This document shows positions 1 through 8,847 of a stretch of DNA of 64,000 nucleotides, piece by piece; positions within the stretch are counted from its first letter, which is position 1; each line of letters begins with the position of its first letter. The position numbers were made by a program, and so were the translations under genes. The notes under the pieces were generated by a model. The model was not told where the DNA came from. It did no database searches and saw only the letters and a program-made list of their open reading frames with translations. Origin of the DNA: Minisyncoccia bacterium (GTDB lineage Bacteria > Patescibacteriota > Minisyncoccia > Phycocordibacterales > UBA9973). The stretch covers positions 22,354 through 86,353 of the forward strand of contig JBGSSJ010000010.1 of assembly GCA_041737125.1 (NCBI GenBank), given 5' to 3'.

Positions 1-2
1 AA

Positions 3-257
3 GGCATCTCTCGTGAAGGCGAAATCATGGCGCTCGGTGAGAAGCTTGGTATCATAAGTAAATCAAGTGGTGCTATATTCACCTATCTAGGTACAGCAAA
101 GGCACGCGAAAAGGGCCCAGTCGAGGAAGTGAAGCTCGGCCGTGGATACGACGCTGCTCGCACCTTCCTTCGTGATAATAAAAAGCTATCAGAAGAAATA
201 CTTAAAGAAGTGAGGGGTAGATTCGACGAAATCCAAGTAACTTCAGCTGGAGAATAA
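3..257 (+). CDS. recA: RecA, C-terminal fragment (gene starts before the window)
   Basis: Frame from nt 3 reads GISREGEIMALGEKLGIISKSSGAIFTY...KLGRGYDAARTFLRDN, the RecA C-terminal domain pattern. Confidence 0.9.
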   Translation, partial: GISREGEIMALGEKLGIISKSSGAIFTYLGTAKAREKGPVEEVKLGRGYDAARTFLRDNKKLSEEILKEVRGRFDEIQVTSAGE

Positions 258-292
258 ACCTAAACTTCGTAAAGATTATCAATAAAAAAATC

Positions 293-311
293 CCTGACTA
301 CCGCAGGCAGG
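293..311. repeat. Small palindromic repeat CCTG(A/C)CTACCG-CAGGCAGG
   Basis: Imperfect palindrome; a close relative lies inside recJ at 19284-19306. Confidence 0.6.
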
Positions 312-410
312 CTCGGATCTCCTCGCTTAAAAAGCTCGGCCAGACGTTTTTTCTTGAAAATCTTTACTTCGTTTGTTATACTCTGTTCGTTATCATTAAC
401 TAACAATATT

Positions 411-986
411 ATGCTTGAATACAGTGAAATAAGACAAGGGAAGATTATAATACATGAAGATGAGCCATGTGAGGTCATAGAGAACCACGTCGCTCGTACA
501 CAGCAAAGAAAGCCTCAGAACCAGGTGAAGCTCAAGAGCTTGCTCTCGGGCCGTACATGGAATACTGTTTTCCATGCGTCAGATAAAGCTGATGAAGCAG
601 AGATCAATAAGAAAGATGTGAAGTTCCTCTATACGAACAAGAGCGAGTTCTGGTTCGCAGATCCTGAGAATCCAAAAGATAGATTCAAACTCGATGAGAA
701 GATTATCGGTGATGCTTCAAAATATCTAAAGTCAGATGAAATAGTGACTGCTGTCGTCTGGGAAGATGACGATGAAGAGAAAATCATAAATATTAAACTA
801 TCAGTAAAAATGGAATTCATAGTAAAAGAGGCTCCCCCATCTATCAAAGGTAATACTGCAAACGGTGGAGGTAAACTTGTGACTCTTGAGAATGGAGTAA
901 AAATAAACGTACCATTCTTCATAGAAACAGGAGAGAAAATCAGAGTGAACACAGAGACAGGTGAATACGTAGAGCGAGTTTCATAA
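411..986 (+). CDS. efp: Elongation factor P
   Basis: MLEYSEIRQGKII..., KGNTANGGGKLVTLENG, VPFFIETGEKIRVNTETGEYVER; ATG at 411 preferred; TTGAAA...TGtTATACT promoter upstream. Confidence 0.93.
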   Translation: MLEYSEIRQGKIIIHEDEPCEVIENHVARTQQRKPQNQVKLKSLLSGRTWNTVFHASDKADEAEINKKDVKFLYTNKSEFWFADPENPKDRFKLDEKIIGDASKYLKSDEIVTAVVWEDDDEEKIINIKLSVKMEFIVKEAPPSIKGNTANGGGKLVTLENGVKINVPFFIETGEKIRVNTETGEYVERVS

Positions 987-1002
987 TAATTTAAAATAAA
1001 TA

Positions 1003-1046
1003 AAAAATACACGTGTAGTTGCATGCGCTGCGTGTATTTTTATTTT
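1003..1046 (+). terminator. Intrinsic terminator of efp
   Basis: AAAAATACACG...CGTGTATTTTT stem with T tract. Confidence 0.6.
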
Positions 1047-1081
1047 GCGCGTCAATAAACAAACCTTTTAAAATTTGCTTA

Positions 1082-1185
1082 CCATTATAAAATACATACA
1101 TGAAGTCGTATGCGCTACCATGTGAGAGAACTTGAGTTTTCAGGCATAGAGTGCGAACGACGCAATGTATGTATTTTATAATAGG
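1082..1185. repeat. Long imperfect hairpin (~104 nt)
   Basis: ATTATAAAATACATACAT pairs with ATGTATGTATTTTATAAT; inner GTCGT/ACGAC and further stems. Confidence 0.65.
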
Positions 1186-1205
1186 CTTTATTTGTTTTTA
1201 CTTAC

Positions 1206-2207
1206 CTATTTTGCCATAGACTTCAGGACTTCTAGATACATGTCTTCTACTATCTTTTGTTGCGCGCGGCCGGTGGTCACATAGTGGTCGAGGCCGGGAG
1301 CAGCGTTGATCTCTATAACCCAATATTTCTTCATCTTATCTTTTATCTCCCCTTCTATCATCAAATCAACTCCGCAAAGACGCAAACCCATATCGCGAGT
1401 GAGATCTATGGCAATCTTTTTGAAATCTTTGTGTATAACACTTGTCACATCTATTGAATCCCCTCCTGTAGATAGGTTGGCATTATCAAGAAGAAAAATC
1501 TTCTCACCTTTCCCTAAGACTGACTTTAAGTTTTTATTAATTTGTTTTAATTTATTCTTGATGCGAACGTCACTAGCTTCTATAAAAATATCTCTTTTTA
1601 CTTTTTTGTAATATTTTATCTTGGCTTCTAAAAGTTTCCCGATTGGTGATTTACCATCTCCTGTCACAGAGAGCGGTACTCGCTCGTACGCGGATATTAT
1701 TTTATTATCTAGGACTACCACCCTATAATCTTTACCTTCCACCTGTCTTTGTACTAGTGCCATGCGATCAGCTTTAAAAATTTTATTCATTGCCTTGTAG
1801 AAAGATACTTTGTCATGGACAAGAGCCACCCCTGAACCCTGGCTTCCACTATTTGGCTTCACTATTACTGGGAACCCGAGTTTTTGTGCGTATTTATAAC
1901 CAGCATTTATATCGTCCTTAGAACCAATTGCCTTTGCCCAATGAGGCGCGCAGAAAGCTTTCCCTTCTATAGTCGGATAGCCCATTTTTTGCATGAAAAA
2001 GGTGGCATAATCCTTGTCCGCTGCTACCTCTGAAGCACCTAGGGGATTGAGGTCGACACTCCTGAATCTTGAATATCTACGCTTGCCGTTTTTAAATGTA
2101 ATCTGGGACACTATCCCCCATTTGGGTTCGAAGAAAACCTTTGCTCCAATTTTCGGTGCGATTTTCTCTAACATATTCATAATGAACTTATTCCTTTTTC
2201 TTTTCAT
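1206..2207 (-). CDS. ATP-grasp protein, cyanophycin synthetase N-terminal / GshAB-like ligase domain
   Basis: FPVIVKPNSGSQGSGV, DYRVVV, ANLSTGG, GVDLM, IEINAAPG motifs. Confidence 0.8.
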   Translation of the reverse strand: MKRKRNKFIMNMLEKIAPKIGAKVFFEPKWGIVSQITFKNGKRRYSRFRSVDLNPLGASEVAADKDYATFFMQKMGYPTIEGKAFCAPHWAKAIGSKDDINAGYKYAQKLGFPVIVKPNSGSQGSGVALVHDKVSFYKAMNKIFKADRMALVQRQVEGKDYRVVVLDNKIISAYERVPLSVTGDGKSPIGKLLEAKIKYYKKVKRDIFIEASDVRIKNKLKQINKNLKSVLGKGEKIFLLDNANLSTGGDSIDVTSVIHKDFKKIAIDLTRDMGLRLCGVDLMIEGEIKDKMKKYWVIEINAAPGLDHYVTTGRAQQKIVEDMYLEVLKSMAK

Positions 2208-2214
2208 ACAAAAT

Positions 2215-2250
2215 AAAATCTCCCCAAAGGACCGGCTTTGGGGAGATTTT
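2215..2250 (-). terminator. Intrinsic terminator after rplK
   Basis: AAAATCTCCCCAAAG/CTTTGGGGAGATTTT inverted repeat. Confidence 0.8.
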
Positions 2251-2255
2251 AATTA

Positions 2256-2684
2256 TTAGTCTACGATTGTAATACCTGCAGAGCGAGCACTACCTTCTAT
2301 GATCTTCATTGCACCTTCTAAATCTTTCGCATTTAGGTCTGGCATCTTCTTCTCTGCGATTTCCTTTACTTGTGCACGAGTGATTTTGCCTGCCTTTGAA
2401 GTGTTCGGCTTACCTGAACCTTTCTCTATGCCTGCTGCTTTGAATATAAGTCCTGCAACTGGAGGAGTCTTCACTTGTATATCGTAAGTACGGTCTTCGT
2501 ATACTGATATCACACATCCGACTATTTCCCCTGCCATTGCTTGTGTCATAGCGTTGAACTTCTGACAGAATTCTGCGATGTTCACCCCGGCTTGACCGAG
2601 GGCTGGACCAAGTGGTGGTGCAGGTGTTGCTTTAGCTGCAGGAATTTGAAGTTTTACTTTTTTAGTTATTTTTTTAGCTGCCAT
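2256..2684 (-). CDS. rplK: 50S ribosomal protein L11
   Basis: [26 protein letters not shown]...KMPDLNA. Confidence 0.98.
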   Translation of the reverse strand: MAAKKITKKVKLQIPAAKATPAPPLGPALGQAGVNIAEFCQKFNAMTQAMAGEIVGCVISVYEDRTYDIQVKTPPVAGLIFKAAGIEKGSGKPNTSKAGKITRAQVKEIAEKKMPDLNAKDLEGAMKIIEGSARSAGITIVD

Positions 2685-2762
2685 ATAATTTGTTTAATTA
2701 CGTATAAATTTGAAGCTTTAGCGTAACAGGCTTAATTTAGCACAATTCTCCTCTTTAATCAA

Positions 2763-3317
2763 TTAGAGCTTTTTAATCTGTAAGAAGTCGAGCTCGACTG
2801 GTGTCTCACGACCGAACATTGAAACAAGCACTTTCACCTTACCACGCTCACGATCTACATCATTCACTTTACCTTCAAGCTCCTTGAATGGACCGTCAGC
2901 AATGCGAACAATTTCATCTATCTCTACATCTATCTGGTGCTTGCCAGCAGCTCCATTCGCTTTGTCCATTCTGCCGAATAAATCATCTACTTCTTGCTTG
3001 TTGAGTGGGACTGGGTTTACTCCTGCGCCGACGAATCCTGTCACACGTGGAGTATTACGGACTACATACCATGAATTATCATCCACGATCATATCTACGA
3101 GTACATAACCTGGGTAGACCTTCTCTTCTACTTCAGCGCGCTTGCCTCCCTTGATTTTGATCTTCTTTTCTGTAGGAACAACGACAGAGAAAATCTTATC
3201 ATTCATACCTAGTGAATCAATGCGCTGCTTTAGATTACGCATGACAGCATTCTCGTACCCTGCGTAAGTGTGTATTGCGTACCAGTTCCTCTCGCCTCTT
3301 AATTCTTGTTTTGCCAT
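2763..3317 (-). CDS. nusG: Transcription antitermination factor NusG
   Basis: WYAIHTYAGYE, YPGYVLV, RNTPRVTGFVG, KOW motif GPF, MFGRETPVEL. Confidence 0.98.
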   Translation of the reverse strand: MAKQELRGERNWYAIHTYAGYENAVMRNLKQRIDSLGMNDKIFSVVVPTEKKIKIKGGKRAEVEEKVYPGYVLVDMIVDDNSWYVVRNTPRVTGFVGAGVNPVPLNKQEVDDLFGRMDKANGAAGKHQIDVEIDEIVRIADGPFKELEGKVNDVDRERGKVKVLVSMFGRETPVELDFLQIKKL

Positions 3318-3331
3318 ATATTAAATATAAA

Positions 3332-3517
3332 TTATAGTGATAAAAGTTTATCTAAACCAAGTGAGAATAGCTTGTCGAAGAAACCTAGGAAGTAAGCAAC
3401 TAGCACTGACACGAGAATAACAGCCAGAGTGAAGAATATCGCTTGCCTTCGTGTAGGCCAATTCACATTATCCATTTCTGCCTTAACCTCTTTTAAATAT
3501 TCAATAGTTTTATTCAT
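3332..3517 (-). CDS. secE: Preprotein translocase SecE
   Basis: EVKAEMDNVNWPTR plus one TM helix; upstream of nusG. Confidence 0.93.
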   Translation of the reverse strand: MNKTIEYLKEVKAEMDNVNWPTRRQAIFFTLAVILVSVLVAYFLGFFDKLFSLGLDKLLSL

Positions 3518-3603
3518 AAATAATTATCCCCTTATTAAAAATCACCCCGTAGGGCTTATAAAAACATAGTACCATAACTAAGGACAAGTTACAAGGAAGC
3601 GCT

Positions 3604-3646
3604 AGAACACAAAAAAGCCTAGTAATACTAGGCTTTTTTGTGTTCT
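3604..3646. terminator. Near-perfect palindrome, terminator after the SIMPL gene
   Basis: AGAACACAAAAAAGCCTAGTA-A-TACTAGGCTTTTTTGTGTTCT. Confidence 0.75.
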
Positions 3647-3668
3647 TATCTTCAATTTATAAACTTTA

Positions 3669-4460
3669 CTACTTTATCTCGTAAGTTATAGTAACATTTG
3701 AAGTTATCTTATTCTCACCTTTTGGAAGCTCTGGAGCAGCCACAGCACCTGCTGTCATAGATTCCATCCTCATATCTTTGGCATACATCATTGGGTAGCC
3801 TCCACCATTCTCAGAAAAGCTGACAACACCACCAAGAGTCACACCTAGCTGCTTTGCTAAGACTTGTGCCTTCTCTTTTGCATCATCTATTGCTTTCGCG
3901 CGAGCTTCTGCAGTTAGACCGTCTTCATCATCGATAGAGAAAGAGGGACCACTAATATCGATAATTCCTAAGCTAGCGAGTCCAGTGCGTACTTCATTTG
4001 CATTATCTACCTCACGTACTTTGACAGAGATAGATTGAGTAGCTGTGTAGCCTGTAATTTTTGGATCTCGTTGTGGGCAAGGATATGTAATACAATAAAC
4101 TTGCTCATATGAATACTTTGGAGAAAGTCCTCCGTACTCTGACTTGATGTCTTTATCCTCTATCTTTTGTTCTTTGAGGTAATTTACAACTTTAGTAATA
4201 TCTGCATTTAGAAGATCTTGAGCTTCCTTTGAAGTCTTTCCATCTTTGGTAAGGTTCACTGATATTGTGGCAATGTCTGATACTGCCATAACTTCCCCAC
4301 TACCTGAGACCGTAATAGACGCTGGAGCTTGTTCCCCGCGACCTATATACTTACCCATCTTCACCTCATTGATAGACTTTAATAAAACGAACACTGATAA
4401 TAAAGCAACTAAAACTACAGCTGCCATAATAAACCTTTTGTTATTTAATATATTTTCCAT
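3669..4460 (-). CDS. SIMPL (DUF541) domain protein
   Basis: N-terminal TM, ITVSGSGEV..DIA, ARAKAIDDAKEKAQVLA, PKGENKITSNVTITYEI. Confidence 0.88.
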   Translation of the reverse strand: MENILNNKRFIMAAVVLVALLSVFVLLKSINEVKMGKYIGRGEQAPASITVSGSGEVMAVSDIATISVNLTKDGKTSKEAQDLLNADITKVVNYLKEQKIEDKDIKSEYGGLSPKYSYEQVYCITYPCPQRDPKITGYTATQSISVKVREVDNANEVRTGLASLGIIDISGPSFSIDDEDGLTAEARAKAIDDAKEKAQVLAKQLGVTLGGVVSFSENGGGYPMMYAKDMRMESMTAGAVAAPELPKGENKITSNVTITYEIK

Positions 4461-4531
4461 AGGGCTATTATAACATAAAATAACCCTTTAAAATAAATTG
4501 ACAAATAGGGACTAAATGTTACCATAAAAAA

Positions 4532-4645
4532 ATGCCAGTACATTTAATCCAGATAATTATTCCTGCAGTTGGAATAATTATCTTAGTGGTAGCTGCTATT
4601 TATAGTAGTCGTCCATGCACGAAAAGTGCGGATACAAGGGGATAA
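4532..4645 (+). CDS. Putative 37-aa single-TM small protein (not in ORF track)
   Basis: MPVHLIQIIIPAVGIIILVVAAIYSSRPCTKSADTRG*; TTGACA (4498) and TGtTACCAT -10 ending 6 nt before ATG; hairpin at 4675-4708. Confidence 0.5.
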   Translation: MPVHLIQIIIPAVGIIILVVAAIYSSRPCTKSADTRG

Positions 4646-4708
4646 ACACCCCGCCACTAATCACAAAAAAAAATAATGCCACCAAAGTTTAAATACTAAA
4701 GTGGCATT

Positions 4709-5386
4709 TTATTTATTCATTTTATCACTTGTTATCAATCCATCTGCCATGGTGATAGTCCTATGAGCGAGCTTGGCATACTCGGGTTCGTGGGTAACCA
4801 TGACTATGGTCTGCCCTTCTTTATTTAGATCGAGGAATGTTGCTATAACTTGCTCGGATGTCTCTGAGTCGAGGTTCGCTGTCGGCTCATCGGCAAATAT
4901 AACTTTTGGATTGTGCGATATTGCACGTGCAATAGACACACGTTGCTGCTGCCCACCAGAAAGCTGACTTGGCAGATTGTTCATACGGTCGAGTAGCCCT
5001 ACCTTATCTAGTGCTTTCTTGGCTTTCGTTGTAGCTACTTTCGTAGTATAACCTTGCATCAAAAGTGGAAGCATTGTGTTCTCAAGTGCAGTAAGTGACG
5101 GTAGTATCGCGTAATCCTGAAATATATAACCCAAATCATTGAGTCTCGCATGTGTGCGCTCATTCTCATTTGCTACTACTAAGTCTCTGCCGTCGATGAC
5201 TACTTCGCCTGATGTAGGTAGGTCGAGTAAACCTAGCTGATAAAGCAAAGTGGATTTACCAGAACCGGACTTCCCTGTAATAGTAATGAACTGTCCTTGA
5301 GGCACGGTAAAAGAAACTTTATTGAGGGCAATAATTTTCTGATCACCGCTTTGGAATATTTTTGTAAGATCTTTTGCTTCTATCAT
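4709..5386 (-). CDS. ABC transporter ATP-binding protein (LolD/MacB type)
   Basis: GKSGSGKST, LSGGQQQR, ADEPTANLD, VTHE. Confidence 0.95.
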   Translation of the reverse strand: MIEAKDLTKIFQSGDQKIIALNKVSFTVPQGQFITITGKSGSGKSTLLYQLGLLDLPTSGEVVIDGRDLVVANENERTHARLNDLGYIFQDYAILPSLTALENTMLPLLMQGYTTKVATTKAKKALDKVGLLDRMNNLPSQLSGGQQQRVSIARAISHNPKVIFADEPTANLDSETSEQVIATFLDLNKEGQTIVMVTHEPEYAKLAHRTITMADGLITSDKMNK

Positions 5387-5427
5387 GTAAATTAGTTAAA
5401 AGTTTATAAAGTTTAAAGTTATAAAGG

Positions 5428-6705
5428 CTACCTACCTAAGATAGCACTGAGAGTATTCTGTCTAATAACGATTCGAGCTGGAATATAACCTGCGATAATT
5501 GTAGCGACCAGCAAGATTCCTGCACGTATCAGTGTACCGCTCATAGTAGCCACGAGTATACCGTCAGAGAATGGGAAGTCGAGAGGATTAGCAGCAAAGT
5601 ATGGCTTGATAAGGAAGAATATTAATATCATGCCGATAAGTATACCTAGCCCTGCATATATACAAGCTTGGTACATATAAGAGTAGAGTATCGCCCTCTT
5701 ATTAATACCTATACCTTTCAATATCCCTATGAAGCGCCTGCGTGTAATTGCATTCACGAATATAACTATGAATATGGTAATAGAGGCTACCACAAGACCA
5801 ATACCAGAGATAACGGATCCAAGTATAGCAAAAGTAGCTTTGATATCTTTTAAGAATTTAGGGAATGCTTCCTCGGCAGTTTGAATACGGGCGAATTTAT
5901 CTACACCGGATGCTATCAAGAAGTTCTTCGCTTGCGTCGGATCTGTTCCTGGTTGTAGTTGTATCGCTATGGTACCAGCGTTGAGGTCATTACGGCCGAG
6001 TAATTTACGAACTTCGGAATCAAGAGCAACTACGGAGGTATCGAAGTCATCCACTTTACTTTTTATAATACCTTTCACGAAATATTCTTTCGATGAATCA
6101 CCTGAGGTGACTTTAATACGGGAACCAATTTTCACATCTTTAAGAGTCTGGAAGCCTGGGGCTTCGATAGGAGTGAATTCATAAAGCAAATTCTTCCCTA
6201 TTAACACACTATCTTGATCTAAAGTATTTAAGAATGAACCACGAATAACGAACTTCGATATGCCGGAGAACTTCTCTTCTTCTATCGGATCGATGCCTAG
6301 TAGTGATCCTCCTGCTCCATCACGCTTGTCACCTGGAGCTACTGTCTCCCTGTAATTTGATTCCACTCGTGCAGATCCAGAGTAGCGAACTGTATGATTC
6401 CTATAACCTGGGATAGTTTTCACAATGTCGACTACCATGGGGGTCTGCTCTATAGCGCTCTTATTTAGGAATGGAGATATCACGAGGTCCCCTATAGAGT
6501 ACTTTTTCTGTGCATCTTCTGAGCCCTGGATGAGTCCGATAAGTATCCCCGAAACCACAATAAGGTTCAGAAATGTAAGAGTCATGACTAGGACTATGAG
6601 CCCTGTCGTCCATATATTTGCTCTTTTAATATCTCGCTTTGCTAAAAACCATCCGACTTTTATATTACGAGAAAATGAGTTTTCATTTGTAATTTGATCT
6701 TTCAT
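5428..6705 (-). CDS. FtsX/MacB-like ABC permease
   Basis: 1+3 TM topology with large extracellular domain; RRFIGILKGIG motif. Confidence 0.88.
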   Translation of the reverse strand: MKDQITNENSFSRNIKVGWFLAKRDIKRANIWTTGLIVLVMTLTFLNLIVVSGILIGLIQGSEDAQKKYSIGDLVISPFLNKSAIEQTPMVVDIVKTIPGYRNHTVRYSGSARVESNYRETVAPGDKRDGAGGSLLGIDPIEEEKFSGISKFVIRGSFLNTLDQDSVLIGKNLLYEFTPIEAPGFQTLKDVKIGSRIKVTSGDSSKEYFVKGIIKSKVDDFDTSVVALDSEVRKLLGRNDLNAGTIAIQLQPGTDPTQAKNFLIASGVDKFARIQTAEEAFPKFLKDIKATFAILGSVISGIGLVVASITIFIVIFVNAITRRRFIGILKGIGINKRAILYSYMYQACIYAGLGILIGMILIFFLIKPYFAANPLDFPFSDGILVATMSGTLIRAGILLVATIIAGYIPARIVIRQNTLSAILGR

Positions 6706-8198
6706 TATTTTGAAACAATTGCAATATCATTCCCATCAGAGAGTCCGGAAGTAATCTCTATAAGGTTACCGTCACCAAGTAGGCCTATTTTCACTTCTAC
6801 TTCTTTGTACTTCTGTCGCTTTAGATCTGTAATTACATTTACATAGTTTGCTCCATCTTTTACAAATACTGCAGCTTTCGGAACCACAAGACTGCGTCCC
6901 CCTTCTGCTGTAATAATTTCTATATCTGCATTCATACCAGTTAGAATACTCTTATCTAGATTATCTATTGATGCCTTTATTTTGTAATTCACAATTCCCT
7001 CCTCGGTTGTAGAACTAGGGTCGACATGGACAACTGCACCTGTAAATACTTTCTCGTCGCCAAAAGCATCAAATGTCATAGAAACTCTCTGTCCGAGCTT
7101 AAGATTCGCAATACTTGATTCATTTATCTTCGCTTCTATATACAAATTAGAGACATCTTGAAGCATCATAATCGGCTTCTGAACTTCAGACAGCTCGCCT
7201 AGCTTCACATCTATGTTCGTAATTGTTCCATCTGCTGGTGCACGAATTACTGTGTCTTCGAATTTCGCTTGAGCGGCTTGTAGTTGGCCTTCTGCTGATA
7301 ATATATCTGCACGAGCAAGATCTAGATCAGAGCCAGAAGCTTGGGCTTTCTTTAGATTAAGCTCTGTGGTACGCTGCTCTATGATTGAATTACGATGTGA
7401 TATTGCCTCTTGGTATGCATTGTAATTTGTTAGATAATTTGGAGCTTTCTGATTTGGTATGTTTATAGTCCACTCTATGTTTGTATCTATTTGCTCAGGG
7501 AAAGTTATGTACAAACCGGAGTTACCTATCGGCTGAGGAGTCAAACTTGTAGCCATCTTTGTACCACTGACAAGCCCAGAGGCAGTAAAACTATATCCTC
7601 CACTACTAGAGTACGGCTTGATTTTAATTGTGCCTTCTTTACCCAAGGTATAAGTACCAGATATTATGGGAGCTACTTTATCCTCATTGCTATCTAATAG
7701 AAATGCTTCATGTGTAGAATTTAGTAGATTCTGATAAGCATTTTTAACGGCCAAGTCCTCGACAATTTTCGCCTGAGAAAGTGCAACTTCTGCAAGTGCA
7801 ACTTCTGAGCCTTCTATTATCTTCTTGTATTTAGCTTGAGCGGAAGCATAAGCACCACGTGCTTGTGTGAGACTTGCAAGAACTGAACCTTGATCCACCG
7901 TAGCCAAGATATCGCCCTTCTTTACATTATCTCCAACTTTCACTCGAAGAGACTTCACTGTGCCACTAGAGTTGAAGGACAAGCTTAAGTCAACATTCGA
8001 AGTCACCGTACCTGTAGCTAGAACTGTCTGCTTCAAATCTACATAGCGTGCCTTATCGAGAACAATTTCTGTGGAAGTAGCGGCTGGGCGCATAAAATAA
8101 GAAAGTAGAATAATTACGAGAATAATTACCCCCCAGAAACGCTTCTTCTTATAGTACTTTTTAAAAAAGTTTATTATTAATTCTTTCTTTTCTTGCAT
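6705..8198 (-). CDS. MacA/HlyD-family membrane fusion (adaptor) protein
   Basis: GTVKSLRVKVGDNVKKGDILA, IRAPADGTI lipoyl halves, coiled coil. Confidence 0.88.
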   Translation of the reverse strand: MQEKKELIINFFKKYYKKKRFWGVIILVIILLSYFMRPAATSTEIVLDKARYVDLKQTVLATGTVTSNVDLSLSFNSSGTVKSLRVKVGDNVKKGDILATVDQGSVLASLTQARGAYASAQAKYKKIIEGSEVALAEVALSQAKIVEDLAVKNAYQNLLNSTHEAFLLDSNEDKVAPIISGTYTLGKEGTIKIKPYSSSGGYSFTASGLVSGTKMATSLTPQPIGNSGLYITFPEQIDTNIEWTINIPNQKAPNYLTNYNAYQEAISHRNSIIEQRTTELNLKKAQASGSDLDLARADILSAEGQLQAAQAKFEDTVIRAPADGTITNIDVKLGELSEVQKPIMMLQDVSNLYIEAKINESSIANLKLGQRVSMTFDAFGDEKVFTGAVVHVDPSSTTEEGIVNYKIKASIDNLDKSILTGMNADIEIITAEGGRSLVVPKAAVFVKDGANYVNVITDLKRQKYKEVEVKIGLLGDGNLIEITSGLSDGNDIAIVSK

Positions 8199-8199
8199 A

Positions 8200-8781
8200 T
8201 TATTTAATCGCTACGAGTTCTACGTCAAATACTAAATCAGCATTAGGTGGTATGCCTGAACGAGGATCAGGATTCGCGCCATAAGCTTGCTCGCTTGGAA
8301 TAAGTAATCTTCGTGTGCCACCTATCTTCATACCTGGAATACCATCTGTCCAGCCTTTAATCACGTTACCGAGTGGAAATGTAATCGGAGTGGTACCAAA
8401 ATCTTTTGAACTTTGAAATACCTCACCCGTACTTGCGATAGCTCCTATGTAATGCACACTCACTGTATCCCCTGCTTTCACTTCCGCACCTGTACCTACC
8501 ACTGTATCAACTTTTTGTAATGTATCAACTTTTGATACTGCTGTGAACCCTGTTAGTAATCTTGTGTTTGTATCCATATCTATATTTATTGTTTCCGACT
8601 TTTGTTCTGTCGGATTATTATTAATAATTTCCTCTTGTTTGTTATCTGATAAATTTACTGTTTGCATATTGTCTATCTCATTTATATCTTCTTTTGTAGC
8701 CATATAATACAAACCAAGTCCTACTAGACATATAACTACAACAGAAATCACAATATTTGTGTTATTTTTATTATTTTCCAT
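8200..8781 (-). CDS. FKBP-type peptidyl-prolyl isomerase, membrane anchored
   Basis: VSVHYIG, VIKGWTDGIPGMKIGGTRRLLIPSEQAYG, IPPNADLVFDVEL. Confidence 0.95.
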   Translation of the reverse strand: MENNKNNTNIVISVVVICLVGLGLYYMATKEDINEIDNMQTVNLSDNKQEEIINNNPTEQKSETINIDMDTNTRLLTGFTAVSKVDTLQKVDTVVGTGAEVKAGDTVSVHYIGAIASTGEVFQSSKDFGTTPITFPLGNVIKGWTDGIPGMKIGGTRRLLIPSEQAYGANPDPRSGIPPNADLVFDVELVAIK

Positions 8782-8847
8782 ATTTTTATTTTTTATTTAT
8801 AAGTTTAGCTATTATAGCATTATCAATTCATTTTTAAAAATGAATTT

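Noticed and set aside
1206-2207. Full cyanophycin synthetase (cphA)
   Set aside because: Only 333 aa; lacks the Mur-ligase half, and no cphB nearby
5395-5426. TTTATAAAG-like short repeats
   Set aside because: Short, degenerate and AT-rich; not enough to call a feature
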